From: Callorhinchus milii
Lineage: Eukaryota
NCBI RefSeq assembly: GCF_018977255.1
Contig: NW_024704743.1
Span: 25,112,001 to 25,176,000, forward strand
Length of the DNA: 64,000 bases
Direction: 5' to 3'
The notes below the pieces were generated by a model. That model was not told the origin of the DNA. It worked only from the letters and a program-made list of their open reading frames with translations, and did not search any database. How positions within the stretch are numbered: the first letter of the stretch is position 1; each line of letters opens with the position of its first letter. The position numbers and the translations under genes are program-made. Positions 51,270-64,000 of this stretch are shown in pieces.

Positions 51270-52382
51270 TTGTTGCCTCTAACGGTTTCTCCTCCAGACC
51301 CCGCACTGTCACGTCTGGCGTCCCCCAGGGCTCTGTCCTTGGCCCTCTCCTCTTTAATATCTACATACTCCCCTTTGGTGACATCATCCGCAGACATGGG
51401 GTCAACTTCCATATGTATGCGGATGACACCCAACTCTTATCTTTCTGCCTCCACCCTCAACTCCAGGACCACTGCTGTCCTGACAGACTGTCTGTCGGAC
51501 ATCAAGTCCTGGATGAGGGCAAACATCCTACAGTTGAATGTAAACAAGACTGAGGCCCTCCTGATTGGCTCGCGCCGGCGCCTCTACACCTCAGGCTCTG
51601 TTAGCATCAACCTCCATGGTTGCACACTACAACTCACCGCCAGTCAGGAGCCAAGGTGTCTTGTTCGACCCTCAACTGTCTTCCCCACATCCAAGCCATG
51701 ACCCGCTCTGCCTTCCCTCACCTCCGTAACATCATCCGACTCCGCCACTACCTCACCCCTCAGGCCGCTGAAACTCTTGTTCATACCTTCATCACCTCCA
51801 GGCTCGACTATGCAAACGCCCTGCTTGTCGCCTTCCCAACTCCTCCCTCCACAGGCTGCAGATAATCCAGAACTCTGCAGCCCGTGTCCTCTCCCTCACC
51901 AAACTCCATGACCCCATCTCCCCCATTCTTGCCCAACTCCATTGGCTCCCTATCCTTCAGAGGATCCAGTTCAAAATCCTGGTCCTCACCTACAAAGCCC
52001 TCAATGGCCTCGCCCCACCCTATCTTTGTGACCTCCTAACCCTCTACCAACCCTCCCGCTCCCTCCGCTCAGCCGGCTCCAGCCTGCTCCATGTCCCTCG
52101 ACCTACCCGCCCCACCATTGGCTGTAGAGCCTTCAGCCACTCTGCCCCCAACCTCTGGAACTCCATCCCCCAGTCACTCCGCCTCGCCCCCTCCTTCGCC
52201 TCCTTCAAGTCATGCCTCAAAACCCTCCCCTTCGACCATGCCATTGGTCACCCCCCTTCCCCTCCCCTCCCTTCTCTCCCCTGACCCCAGCTCGGGTCTG
52301 AATTGCTGTACACTTGCCAGCACCTTTGGACGTCCTCCCGACGTGAAAGGCGCTATACAAATATAATCTTGTTGTTGTTGTT
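51270..52382 (+). mobile_element. L2 LINE 3' portion
   Basis: Contains the YADD codons tatgcggatgac, [14 protein letters not shown] and RLDYANALL, then the 3' stem-loop and (TTG)n tail. Confidence 0.92.
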
Positions 52383-53450
52383 GAGCTGCCTGATCTTTGT
52401 GCCTCAGGGTTATGGAGGGGAAAATCAATTGGCATTCCCATTCCAGATCCAGAAACCTGTGTGTGTACGTTGGGTGAAGAGTTGGTTGGGCTCAGCTGTG
52501 ATGCCGATTCGGTTCAATAGTCCTTTGACATGCAAAATCTTAAGTTTACCCATGAAGAATGATCACGTAGGCAATATACTGGAGAGCCACTAGGATTCAT
52601 AGAATCGAATCTTGAAGAGGGAAAATTGGTAAAACTATCAAGGGAAAGAGATTGACTCATATAACCTCTCTATTCAAAAATCAAAGGCAAACGTATGTTT
52701 AAAGTCTAATTGTATTTAGCTGACTTTAAATTTCTCTTGGGCATTTGTTCCTGGAATGGTGGTACATCTAAGTAGAATTGACACTTGCATTTGATAATGT
52801 TTAATCAAAGTTACTTCACACAAAGCTTTTTACCTTAGGCCTCGAACACTTGTTAAGCTTCTCCTGACAATCTCACATTTTTTTCTGTGCTGAAAACAAA
52901 TCACCAGCAACTCACAGGAGCAAATGAGTCCTATTCCATCCATTTACCGCCTCATGTAATGTTGCATTTAATTGGCTCTAGTCTATGTCTAGTCGAATCG
53001 ATAGGTATGGCTGATCCAAAGCTTAAGCGTTTATTGAACATTGATTCCATGTTGGTACCATGGATCCTGTACTGAGTATATTGGAATTCTCACAAACCCA
53101 AGGTGGAAAATGTCATCCTGGGACCTATGGAGAGCTTTGCATGCCTGTGGTCTAGGTTTCAGGACACTGTCTCCTCCTCATTAGACTGGCTATGTCTGCC
53201 TACTGGCTAGAGTGGATGCTAGTAGATTTAGTTGAAACAACTTTTTATTGCATTAATTTACCCAATTTATGGAAAATCATTTCATAGGGTGCGGTCGCTG
53301 GTGGGAAAAAGGTTGTGATGCTTCCAATTGGTCTGAATAGCACAAAACCTGGCTTTTCCAAAATACATTACTAAATTAAAATATTTCCCCTGATTAGGAT
53401 TCAGCTGCTGGTTCCTATTAAACTGACCCTTATATTTCATGCTTTTTATT

Positions 53451-53711
53451 AACAGTAAGTAGGAACATGGTTGTTAGTCGATTGGTGGATTGCTTTTCTG
53501 GGGGTAATAATGCCTTCAAAAAAAAATAACAGTTCTGAACTGGTCATTCAATCCATGTCTATTTGCGGGACACTGCTGTGCGCAATTGGCTGCCGCTTTT
53601 CGGCCACTAATTGTACAGTCAATTCACTTTACATTATATTCTGTGAAGCGCTTTGAGACGTCTCGAAGACGTGATAAGGCGCTATATGAAATGCAAGGAT
53701 TATTATTATTA
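53451..53711 (+). mobile_element. Older SINE lacking its head
   Basis: Central segment, body and the tail aagcgctttgagacgtctcgaagacgtgataaggcgct. Confidence 0.85.
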
Positions 53712-54284
53712 TTCCCTTTTCTTTGGCGCCAAACCATACAGCAACATAATAGGTAATAATGGGATTTTAATGCCTGCTTGTGGGACAGAGCAGCTCAGTG
53801 GTAAAAGCAAAAGATTGTGTAAGGTCTGGCAGAGTTGTGATTGATCTGCTGAATCTTCTCATATCCATGCAGTAGTTTGCTTTGTTGGGTGAATTTATTT
53901 TCTGATCATGTCCACAATGCAGTGTGCTGTAGAAATAGAGATATACCTTTTTACCTCCTTACATGATCCTTTGGACTAATCTGCACCGTGCTTGGGATTT
54001 AATACGTTTTTTTTCTCATCATGCTTCGTGACCTATTTTCTGTGAGCTTATGTTTGGGGTTTCCCAGTGGTTAGGTCAGACACTGATGCAGATGTCACTT
54101 GAAGTGGTGGCAGGGAAGGGGATTCATTAGCAGAATTAACTTGCTTTAATATTGTGCCATATTGACATTACACCCAGCCTGGAGGGGTGGGGGGCTGGGG
54201 TGGGGGAGAGGACGGAGTGAAGATGCTCAGTAGAAACAGCAAGGCTTTGAGGTCCGAGAGGCAAAGCTACCCTGTGAAGTTAAT

Positions 54285-54790
54285 AATCCGTGCATTTAAT
54301 AATCTCTAATTTGATATAATGTTTTGTACACTGGGAGGACAATTAAAACTCTGCATGGGGGTTTACTGTAAATTGTAACAATGGTGTATTTTATAAACTA
54401 ATCCTGTAGCCAGTTTTGTGCACAAAAATGGCCCACAAACAGCCATGAAACTAATGACCCATTTTAATTGGGGGTTTGTTAGTCAAGACTCCAGGAGAAT
54501 CTCCCTTCTCTTTTAAGGAGGATGTCCTCCCAATGTGAAAGGCGCTATACAAATGTAACTTTGTATTGTAAGAATAGTGCCAACCAATCTTTAATATCCC
54601 AACTCAATAGGCAGACGGGACTTTGGTTTAACATCTTATCCAAAGGACAGCACCTCCAGCGATGTAATGCAAACTCAGCGCTGCATTGGAGTGTGGGCCT
54701 TGACTGTAAGTTCAAAGTCCTGACATGAGGTTTGAACCCACAACCATGAGTCAGAGGCGAGAGTGCTACCGATTGAGCCAGGCTGACATT
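54285..54790 (-). mobile_element. Ancient SacSINE1/DeuSINE-like element containing a short L2-tail insertion
   Basis: Head tcagcctggctcaatcggtagcactctcgcctctgactc...gggttcaaacc plus a Deu-like body. Related decayed copies lie near 190-290, 1135-1455, 8655-8910, 13070-13440, 20270-20612 and 47405-47720. Confidence 0.7.
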
Positions 54791-55633
54791 TAACTATGTG
54801 TGCAGTGGACTTTGAACGGAGTGTCAAACAGCCTTCCCATTTTTTGATGGTTTAGTGGATATTTATCTTACAATTGTTTCAGCTTAATAAGCACAATCAA
54901 TCCTTTCAGCGTTTACCTACCTACCAAGTGAATAAGTGAATTTCCTGGTTATAGCATATACAACTCTGTACTGCATCATAAGACAGTGGTGATACAGGTC
55001 AGCTTTATTTTCCCCAACTAATGCATTGCTACAATAGTAATCTTTTCACTGAGCTAGCAATTGGGAAAGGTCTGTTTCCTTCAAAGGTTGTTTTTCCTGC
55101 TTGGTTCATGCAATTCTAAGAGACTGAATGCATCTGTAGGATTACAATTTACAGATAATGAGAATCCGATCAGGCATTGAGCTGTCATCATGATTTAGAT
55201 GTTCATGGCTGCCTTTAGGGACAGAAACAAAATGAAGAAAAATTCTGTGTGCAAATGATTCAACTTGACAAGCAATGAAGTGTGGAATACTGCAGAGGAA
55301 ATTACAGTTACATTCTCAAGTGAGGATGTTCTAAGGTGACACTTTCAGAGACATAAAATGCCTTTCCATTGCTAAAGACAGGTCACTGAATTGTGCAATT
55401 TACCTGTATTCTCCTGTCTGCTTCCTCGCTGAATCTGGGCGTTAGAGATGAAAGGTTTGATGTGGAGCAGGTTTAGAAATAAAAGTTAATTTCTCCTTGC
55501 ATTTGAGGTATTTCTGATAACAGTATGTCTTATAGAGGAACTTAAATAGAAAAATGCCATTGTGCATGTCTGACTGTTTTGTGCCTACTTTTTTGGTCAG
55601 CGGTTATCTGACACTGACGGAAACCCATCAATC

Positions 55634-56365
55634 ACAACAACAACTTGCATTTATATAGCGCCCTTCACCCAGGCTAGTGTCCTTGAGCGTTTCAAAGTGG
55701 CGGAATTTGACAATGAGCCAGAGGGAGAGGAGGGGGGAGGTGACCGTAAGCACTATCAAAAAGGAAGGTTTCAGGCGGTATTTGAAGTTGTGGAAGGAGA
55801 GGGCAAGGCAGAGGGTTTGAGGGAGAGAGTTGCAGAGTTTCAGGGCAGAGTGGCTAAAGGCACAGCCACCGATGGTGGAACAGAGGGCACAAATAATAAT
55901 AATAATAATAATAATCCTTGCATTTGATATAGCGCTTTTCACGTCGGGAGGACGTCCCAAAGCGCTTCACAGAATATACTGTAAAGTGAATTGACTGTAT
56001 ATTTGTGGGCGAACGCGGCAGCCAATTGCACACAGCAATGTCCCACAAACAGTCGTAGATTGAAAATGACCAATTTATTATTTTTGGTTTTGGAGGGATT
56101 ATTATTAGGCGTGTGGAGTAAGGAAACTTGCCCAAGGTTTCGCCCTGCCTGGAATTGAACTCAGGTCTCTCGCTTGCAAAGCGAGTGCTCTAACCACTGA
56201 GCTACAGGACTCCACAAGGGACAAATAGGAGGCCGAAGCCAGCTGAGAGGAGGCAGCGGGTGGTGGAGTGGGGGGTAAATAGGTTGGATAAGTAGGGAGG
56301 TGCGAGGGAATGAAGTGATTTGAAAACGAGTGAGAGGATCTTGAAATCGATTTATGACTAAGAGT
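55634..56365 (-). mobile_element. Older L2 3' fragment interrupted by a young SINE
   Basis: (CAA)n cttgcatttatatagcgccc tail and TIGGCAFSHSALKLCNSLP; the element resumes after 56215. Confidence 0.8.
55893..56215 (-). mobile_element. Young tRNA-derived SINE, same subfamily
   Basis: Near-identical to the 28.4 and 29.3 kb copies; nested in an L2 fragment. Confidence 0.93.
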
Positions 56366-59300
56366 ATAGAAACCAAGTTGAGATGCATCCTACTAACATT
56401 TGGAAATTCCCATATATTGGAATAGAATGTCATTCTCTCCTTGGCAGGTTGCATCCTGCTTACTAATTCTGGAAAGTATTAGGCCCAGACTGGCAAGATA
56501 TAACACTTGGTTTTAATCAGCTAAAACAGCATAGCCTGCTATTGATGGCACTGTCTGGCAAATTTTCCCGTTGTTTGACCAGCTTCGACCACTCTATCCA
56601 TTATATTAGTGGTGGAAAATTTATTTTTTAGTCTGACCATAAAGGTTGGTCGCCATCATTTAAAGCCAATATAAAAAGTGCACATGAATTGAATAGTGAT
56701 TAGATTATTTGATCTGCAAGTTTGAAAATTCCTAAGCTTATTAAATAAAAAGCAGAAAAATTAATTTAATAAGAGATGCATCCAACATAAACCAAGTAAT
56801 TTGCAGATATATATTTTAATATGAAAGGTTGATAGCGTTAAGCTCCAAACTCTAATAGGAAATACTTCTGTCATTGGTGTTACAGTACAAGTTGCTATCA
56901 TAGTGTTTTAGAGGCAAAAGATGCTTCGAATTCTGTATCCACATTATCTTGATAACTGCTACAATTGTTACAAGAATATATTCACGCCAAATGATGATAT
57001 TGATTGATACACTTTAGAAAGTTTTTGCCCTATGGGGAATGATCGAGACAGGCTTGCATCAGCATGCCATCAATACAAAAGGTGCATTTCTGTATTTATA
57101 TCTGAGTTTTGGAAATTCCTAAACTTATTAAATAAAAATCAGTAAGGTTAATTTACTGAGAACCACGTTCTGCCCATGCTCCTTCGCATTGGATGGGTAA
57201 AAGTGTGGTGAAGATTAGATCCTTCATCTGTTGAGTTACACAATTTGTGTTTTTGGGAATGGTTTTTTAAATATTAAAAGATCTAAATATCGATCTTCGT
57301 TTAGGGCTCACAATCTCATCCCATACATGATGCCATGCCACGTTTCGCCCACAAGATACAGTCAATTCACTTTACAGTATATTCTGTAAAGCGCTTTGAG
57401 ACATCTCAACAACGTGACCAAATGACGGACTATAATTATTATTATAATTTTGTAGGGATGTGCAGTTGTATTTTAATCCACAAATCTTTAGTGCTAATTG
57501 TAAAACAACAACAGGGGAAACTTGCATTTATATAAACCTTTCGTGCAAGCAGAGTTATGGAGCGTGATTGGAGATTGTAACAACAACAAATTACACTTGT
57601 ATAGCACCCCTCACTTTGTAAAGACATCCCAGGGTGCTAACAGTAGTGTGGCTTGACGCAAAGCCAGTAAGTGGGGGGAAGTGACCAAAGGTATGGTTGC
57701 AGAGGAAGTTTTGAGGTGTGATTTGAAGATGAGCCATTGAAGCTGGCAAGAACTGTGTTGATGGTGTTCCGAATCCTGGTACATATTGGGCATCCGAGAT
57801 GAGGATGGAGCCTGCTTGAGAAGGGGCAAGGAGGGCATGATGTGCGGTGGAGTTTAGGATTTTTTTTTGCCATCTGCGCTCAAGTGTATTGGACCCGGAT
57901 TTAAAGGAACGGACAAGAAGTGGGAGGGATGGGAGATGGATTTAAGTGGAGAGAGTGAGTTTAAACTCATCTAAGTTTAATACTGTTTTCCTGCTGAGTT
58001 ATCCCAAAGGGGGATGTCAGCATCAAATGTACAGTTTATTCAGAAATGTGGTGTCAGGTCAAATTAAATCAGTCTGTTTAATTGTTTCTGCAAGTAGTGC
58101 TGCTTTATATGGTATTTGGGTGAAGGGAAAAAAAATACTCATTCTTATACATTAGCTGCAACCTTTAAATTATTTTAAGTTATTTACCTTTAAGTACGGA
58201 AATGCTCCTAATTTGAGAACATTAAGGTGTTGCAAACATGTTGCTGGTGTAATGGTAGGTGTATTTGCATTCTACATCCATTTGAACTCCATTGAAATAA
58301 CCATTAGTACAATTATAGTTTTTGTCATCCTACACAAGCCTGGAGAGACATTCTGTATTCATGGTTACATGTTTGTCATTTGCTGAGAGCAATTTGAGAT
58401 GGTGAATTAAGAGTAATTAGGAAGCACGTCACAAAACATTAAAGCACATTTTGCTTCAGTGTTATTTTCTTCTCCTGTATTGATACAAGGTAGCTGAACA
58501 ATCTTAAGTGTCACCACAGCATAAACAGTATGGACAGAGGATCTCCCCTTGTATTTAGAGCTGTATGCATTTTACTGTATTATTTATTCTCCGATGTAAG
58601 GTTGTAAATACTTACTAATAATGCTTGCATTTGATACAGCCTCTCACTAGATTTACTGTAAAGTATCTGTATTTTGTAGGCAAACAAATGTTACTATGTG
58701 CATTATACTGCACGGTGTATTCAATTCTTGGCAATAAGCATGCATGTATTTTACTGCATTCTGTATTATATATTCTTCTCTTGTAGACTGTTTTGTAGAA
58801 CATATATTCAATAACATTGATTTTTACTTGTATTTAGTATTGTTCATTGGAAACACCAGTCAGTAGCACATTTCCTGGAAGGTAAATTGCTGCAAGTAGT
58901 TTAGCGCTGGCCACCTGCATCCCAGATTGTTCTGTCGTTGATACTCTAATGCTATAGTGTATTACCGATGTGATTTTCAATACATTGTACTTGAGTATTC
59001 ACTTTATAACTGATATTGTGAAGACTTTTACCTCAACACTTGGGCAGTTCCTGGTGCACAACTTTTTTTTTGTTAGCATTACATCATGAAAATGTCAGGG
59101 AATTGTTGTAAACAGGAGCTGGTCCAGGCATCGGAGAATTTATTTTGGAAAATGAAATGATATTCTGCATTGAAGGATTTTTTTTGTTTCCTTTACAAAT
59201 CCCTTTTGCACAGGATGCAAGTTTCTGGAATTGCAATCCACTTTGTATTTCACGATCACAGCAGCTGTCTTCACAAACTTTGCAGCATTGAAAGTGGCGT

Positions 59301-60894
59301 AGAACAGCAACTTCAGCAACAACTTGCACTTATCTAGCACTCTCCACGCAGGGTAGCGCTTAACAGTGGCGGAGCCTGACTCCGAACCGGGATGGGGTGG
59401 GAGAGGAAGCTTTACATACGGTCGAAGAGGAAGGTCTTCAGGCAGGACTTGAAAAAGGGGAAAGAAGGGGCAAGGCGGAGGGATTGAGGTAGAGTTTTCC
59501 AGAGTTAACCATGTTACACAACAGCATCCTAACAATTTTTCCATTTTGCGTGCACCAAGAGCAGCAGAAATTTAATTCAGTGTGGCGCATTTTCTGTTCA
59601 GGGAGTCTCACATCGCTTGATTTCAAAATGTTGAAATTGTATAATATCCAGAAGGTGGGCATGATTCCCGAACAGCGTTATTAACTAGTACTTTCCTGAA
59701 AAACTTCCTTGATTTGATGAATTCTAAAACATTACACTTCACCCGCTCATTCACTGTAAAGCTTGATGTGCATGCTTTTGTGTGTGTTTTTTCCCCTTCT
59801 GAAGATGCTGCAGTAGAGTCTCATTGAGATATACCTTCAGCCTAACATTTGTATTTTTGGAAACTTGTGTTTCTGTATTGTTGTTGCCCCTGGTTTTGTC
59901 TTAGTGTAGCTTGGTTACCGGCAGCATGTTGTTGCCAACCAGCTTACGTCTGCTCTCTCTGCTAAACGAATGCCAGCACCCCCACCAAGAGAAAGCAAGA
60001 TGAGAAACAGAATTCGAAATCCGAATGGTGGAATCTGTAACTAATGGTTTAAAGAAACCGGTCTTCAATATTGTGATGACTTTGGTTATGGTGTACGAGT
60101 GATTGTTCTATATACTTGTAATGCTTGATAAAATTATGGTCCTTCAGGGGTTACCATTTGACAACAGTGGCGGATTCAGGCTCCGCCACTGTTGAGTGCT
60201 CTGAGACGCTACCCTGCGTGGAGGGCGCTATATAAGTGCAAGTTGTTGTTGTTGACATAGCAGCAATCAATTAAAGCCATAATACTAGTGTAAGTGTTGG
60301 TCATCTATTCCAATCCTGATTCTCTTACTCTACATGTGCTTATTAACATGTGACATTTTCAAAAATTGTTGGCAGAGAGGTTGTGCAGCAAGTCTAAACT
60401 GGCTTGTACGCATTTCCCTTTACCTACTCCCTCCCAGTCCTGTTCTGCCTCCACAAATGTTCTTTTCAGGAGGTAGCCTCTGGTTGGGGTGGGTAATCCG
60501 TATTTATTGTCTTTGCCAAAGACATAATGGGTTGGGTGGGTCTAGTTAGACAAGCAGCAGGAAGCTTGCCAATCGATGATCTCACTGGAAAGCTGTATTG
60601 TTTTAGCTAAGCTGCAGCAGTACCTCCATGCACACTCTGGGATCCCTAAAATCTTGACAACCAGCATCTAATACTCTACGGAATTAAGCAGTATTCATTC
60701 CTCAAAGGAGAAGGTGCACATTCTATTCAAGACGCAGGGACATTTTTTATGTATAGGCAACCTATATATGTGCAACTTTGTCTGGTTTAAGCAGATGCTG
60801 GGTTTAATGTACGTTTGGGAGTTAAGATGGAGACTTAATTATTGCTCATCCCTTGAGGTGTGATTACCTGATAGGTGCACGGAAGAAATGGTTT

Positions 60895-62398
60895 TAGGTC
60901 AATTGTCAGGTCTTAAAACTGATAAATCTCCTGGACCTGATGGCCTACATCCTAGGGTTTTAAAAGAGGTGGTCACTGAGATAGTGATGGCTTGTCTTTG
61001 ATCTTCCAAAATTCTCTGGATTCTGGAACAGTTCCCATTGATTGGAAGATTGCAAACATAACACCAATATTTAAGAAGGGTGGGAGAGAAAAGATGGGGA
61101 TCCATAGACCAGTTAGTCTGACATCAGTGGTAGGGAAAATTCTTGAGTCCTTAATTAAAGATGTCGTTATGGGATTCCTGGAAGACCATAACAAGTTAGG
61201 CAGAGTCAACATAGCTTTACAAAAGGGAAGTCATGCTTAACTAATCTTTTAGAGTTTTTTGAAGATGTATCTAGCAGGTTAGATGGGGGGGTAACCAGTA
61301 GATGTACTATATTTAGATTTTAAAAAGGCATTTGACAAAGTGTCACACAAAAGGCACAAGGTTAAAGCACACGGGATTAATGGGAACTTATTAGCATGGA
61401 TTGAAGTGTGGCTAATGGGTAGAAAACAGAGAGTAGGGATAAACGGGTCATTCTCAAATTGGCAGGATGTGACTAGTGGAGTGCCACAAGGATCAGTGCT
61501 TGGGCCTCAGCTATTTACAATTTACATCAATGATCTAGACAAGGACATTAAGCTCTGAGGATGATACAAAAAGATTGCAACGGGATATAGATAGGCTAGG
61601 GGAGTGGACGAGTAGGTGGCAGATGGAATTTAATGTGGGGAAGTGTGAAGTTATTCACCTAGGTAGAAAAAATAGAAAAACAGATTATTTTCTAGAGGGG
61701 GAGAGATTAGATAGTCTTAGTGTGCAGAGGGATTTGGGTGTCCTTGTACACCAGTCTCAAAAAGTTAGTTTGCAGGTGCAGCAAGCAACTAAGAAGGCAA
61801 ATGACATGTTAGCATTCATTGCAAAAGGTTTTGAGTACAAGAATAGGGAATTCTTGCTGCAACTGGTGAGACCGCACCTAAAGTATTGTGTGCTGTTTTG
61901 GTTTCCTTATTTAAAAAAGGACATACTTGCCCTAGAGGGGGTGCAGCGTAGATTCACCAGGTTAGTTCCTGGGATGAGGGGACTGACCTATGAGGATAAG
62001 CTGAATAAACTAGGGCTATATTCTCTAGAGTACAGAAGAATTAGGGGAGATCTTATTGAAACATATAATATTCTTAAAGGGCTGGATAAAGTAGACACTG
62101 AGGGTTTGTTTACCCTGGTAGGAGAATCTATAACCAGGGGTCACAGTCTTAAAATTAAGGGTCAGCCTTTTAGAACAGAGTTGAGGAAACATTTCTTCAC
62201 TCAGACTAATGCTCAGTCCTTGAACATCTTCAAGGCTGAGACTGATATATTTTTTAAAAAATAGAGAGATTAGGGGATATGGGGATAGGGCAGGTAATTA
62301 GAGTTGGGTCAGAAGATCAGCCATGGTCTTATCGAATGGCGGGGCAGGCTCGAGGGGCCGAATAGCCCACTCCTGCTCCTAATTCTTATGTTCTTATG
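60895..62398 (+). mobile_element. CR1 LINE, 5'-truncated and inactive
   Basis: Motifs [61 protein letters not shown] and RGDLIETY. The FADD segment is deleted near 61550. It ends in a (TTCTTATG)2 tail. Confidence 0.95.
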
Positions 62399-63244
62399 AA
62401 TGTGTGTTATAATAGTAATCCTTACAATTGATATAGTACCTTATCAGTCATCACACCATTTGATACATATCAAAGTGCTGCACAGGATATACTGTGACTG
62501 TGTATTTTGTGGGTGAACGTGGTAGTCAATTTATCACATTTGCTATGTACAAGTTGGCTGCTTCAGTGAGTGACATCAGTTTTATTTGTTGGTTAGGACA
62601 CCGTGATGTACAAAGAGGGATTTTTTTGTCCTTTTTGATTGTACTTTGATGTACTTTTACACCATTATGTACCCCCGTGGGCACTACTCCATACACATAC
62701 TCTGGGGACAAAAAATAGTCAACGAGCAAAAGTTAATTTTCAAGATATGAGTTAGGAACTTCCACTGCCTAAGGTTCTGTGCTACAGGAATATTCATTTA
62801 GAGTACAGTATAATGGCTCTTAATATGAGTACTGGCTTGAGGCAAAAACAGGCAGTAAATTGTGCTGAGTTTTAATTTCATGCTTGTGTTTGACATTGTG
62901 AATATTCTGAAAAATCTTTCATATCAGGGAAGCCTGCATATCCAGGCAGAGTAAGCTACAACAACTGAGTCATTTGGCTTTAGTGTTTACAGGGTTCCCA
63001 AATGACAATGTGTAGTTTAAATGAATTAATTAATCGATGGCTGTCCTGTTTCAATCCTTGAGATTTAAAGATGGGTCACTTTAAGGGCAAGATAGAATGG
63101 CCCTTAAACAAGTGTACAAGTGTAACCTTGTACATTTTCAGATTACATTAAATGAGGCATGGTGTTCCTTATAGCTATCTAATAAGTCATTACATACTAC
63201 TGAGGGATTTCTCTTTGGCACCGTCTGCTCTCAGGATCATGCTC

Positions 63245-63380
63245 TATAGAATCATAGAATTATACAGCACAGAAGGAGACCATTCGGCCCATCATGTCCG
63301 TGCTGGGTCTTTGAAAGAGCTATCCAAATTAATCCCATGTACCCTCTCTCTCCCCATAGCCCTGCAAATTTGTCCTCCCC
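63245..63380 (-). mobile_element. CR1 3' terminal fragment
   Basis: atagaatcatagaa...cagaaggagaccattcggcccatc is the reverse complement of a CR1-type 3' end. Confidence 0.65.
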
Positions 63381-63809
63381 AAACTAGGAAACTAGTTTGT
63401 TTCCTGTTTGTGCAAGAGGGAATAATTATGCAATAATTATCAAAATAATAAATTAACCCCCTCCCCTCCCCCCAAATACCCAGACGATAAACCAAGGGAA
63501 TGACAGGATTTCAGGCTAAACTATTCATTAGGTCAATTTCCAAAAGAATTTGGTTTGATGCTCTGTGTTTTAAACACTCCAATTGTTCCATTATTGACCT
63601 TGAGCTTGGTCCAAAGTCCTTAGATAAATGTTTGCTGGTGAGTGCTTTAGCTGGTAGTGTATTCTATGCATGTGTGTACACAGTGCACTCTATAAACTAT
63701 CAACTGCTTTTCTTTAAACAGCAGCATGGTAACTATTGATAGGAGAACTTCAGAGGGTCAACTATAGTACTCTTTTTGACATTGTGGAATTCTGTGCAAT
63801 AGTATTATA

Positions 63810-64000
63810 AGGCAGTATTGTAACCACAAGGAGTACCAGAGGCCAATAGGATAGACACATTTAAGTGGAAGCTAGATAAGTACATGAGGGAGAACGGAAT
63901 AGAAGGTTATGCTGATAGGCTTAGTTGAGGAAGGGCAGGAGGAGGCTCACGTGGAGCATAAATGCCGGCATAGACCAGTTGGGTCAAATGGTCTGTTTCG
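63810..64000 (+). mobile_element. CR1 3' fragment running off the window end
   Basis: acatttaag...gctagataagtacatgagggag...ggcatagaccagttgggtcaaatggtctgtt resembles a CR1 3' UTR. Confidence 0.65.

Noticed and set aside
54181..54210. G-quadruplex motif
   Set aside because: G-runs like this (also at about 29705-29730) are common and there is no evidence of function.
55322..55340. gaggatgttcta (EDVL) as the start of the next ZNRF2 exon
   Set aside because: It is followed by R and a stop, with no SKDAGECAICLE continuation or proper acceptor. I did not find the RING exons in the window.

Overview
This is vertebrate genomic DNA. The repeat mix (Deu/SacSINE-type SINEs, L2, CR1 and a Penelope-type palindrome) suggests a cartilaginous fish, possibly a chimaera; this is an inference. 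The window appears to be almost entirely intronic. The only host coding sequence I can support is one 96-nt internal exon of the E3 ubiquitin ligase ZNRF2 (45113-45208, +), encoding the C2HC zinc finger GFKCPVCSKFVSTDEMDLHLVMCLTKPRVTYN. I did not find the upstream exon or the RING exons. The rest consists of 5'-truncated L2 LINEs with at least two 3'-tail types, one dead CR1, many tRNA-derived Deu-domain SINEs of different ages, a decayed RTE-X-like fragment, LF-SINE-like relics, two MITE-like hairpins and a Penelope-type palindrome with a hammerhead-like core. Nearly all long ORFs in the track are LINE ORF2 pieces or antisense/alternative frames of repeats. I see no convincing novel multi-gene system. 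The most interesting signal is an apparent stepwise SINE evolution: a central deletion followed by replacement of the 3' stem-loop with that of the youngest L2, with an intermediate copy preserved. Family names come from recalled consensus motifs, not database searches, and repeat boundaries are approximate.
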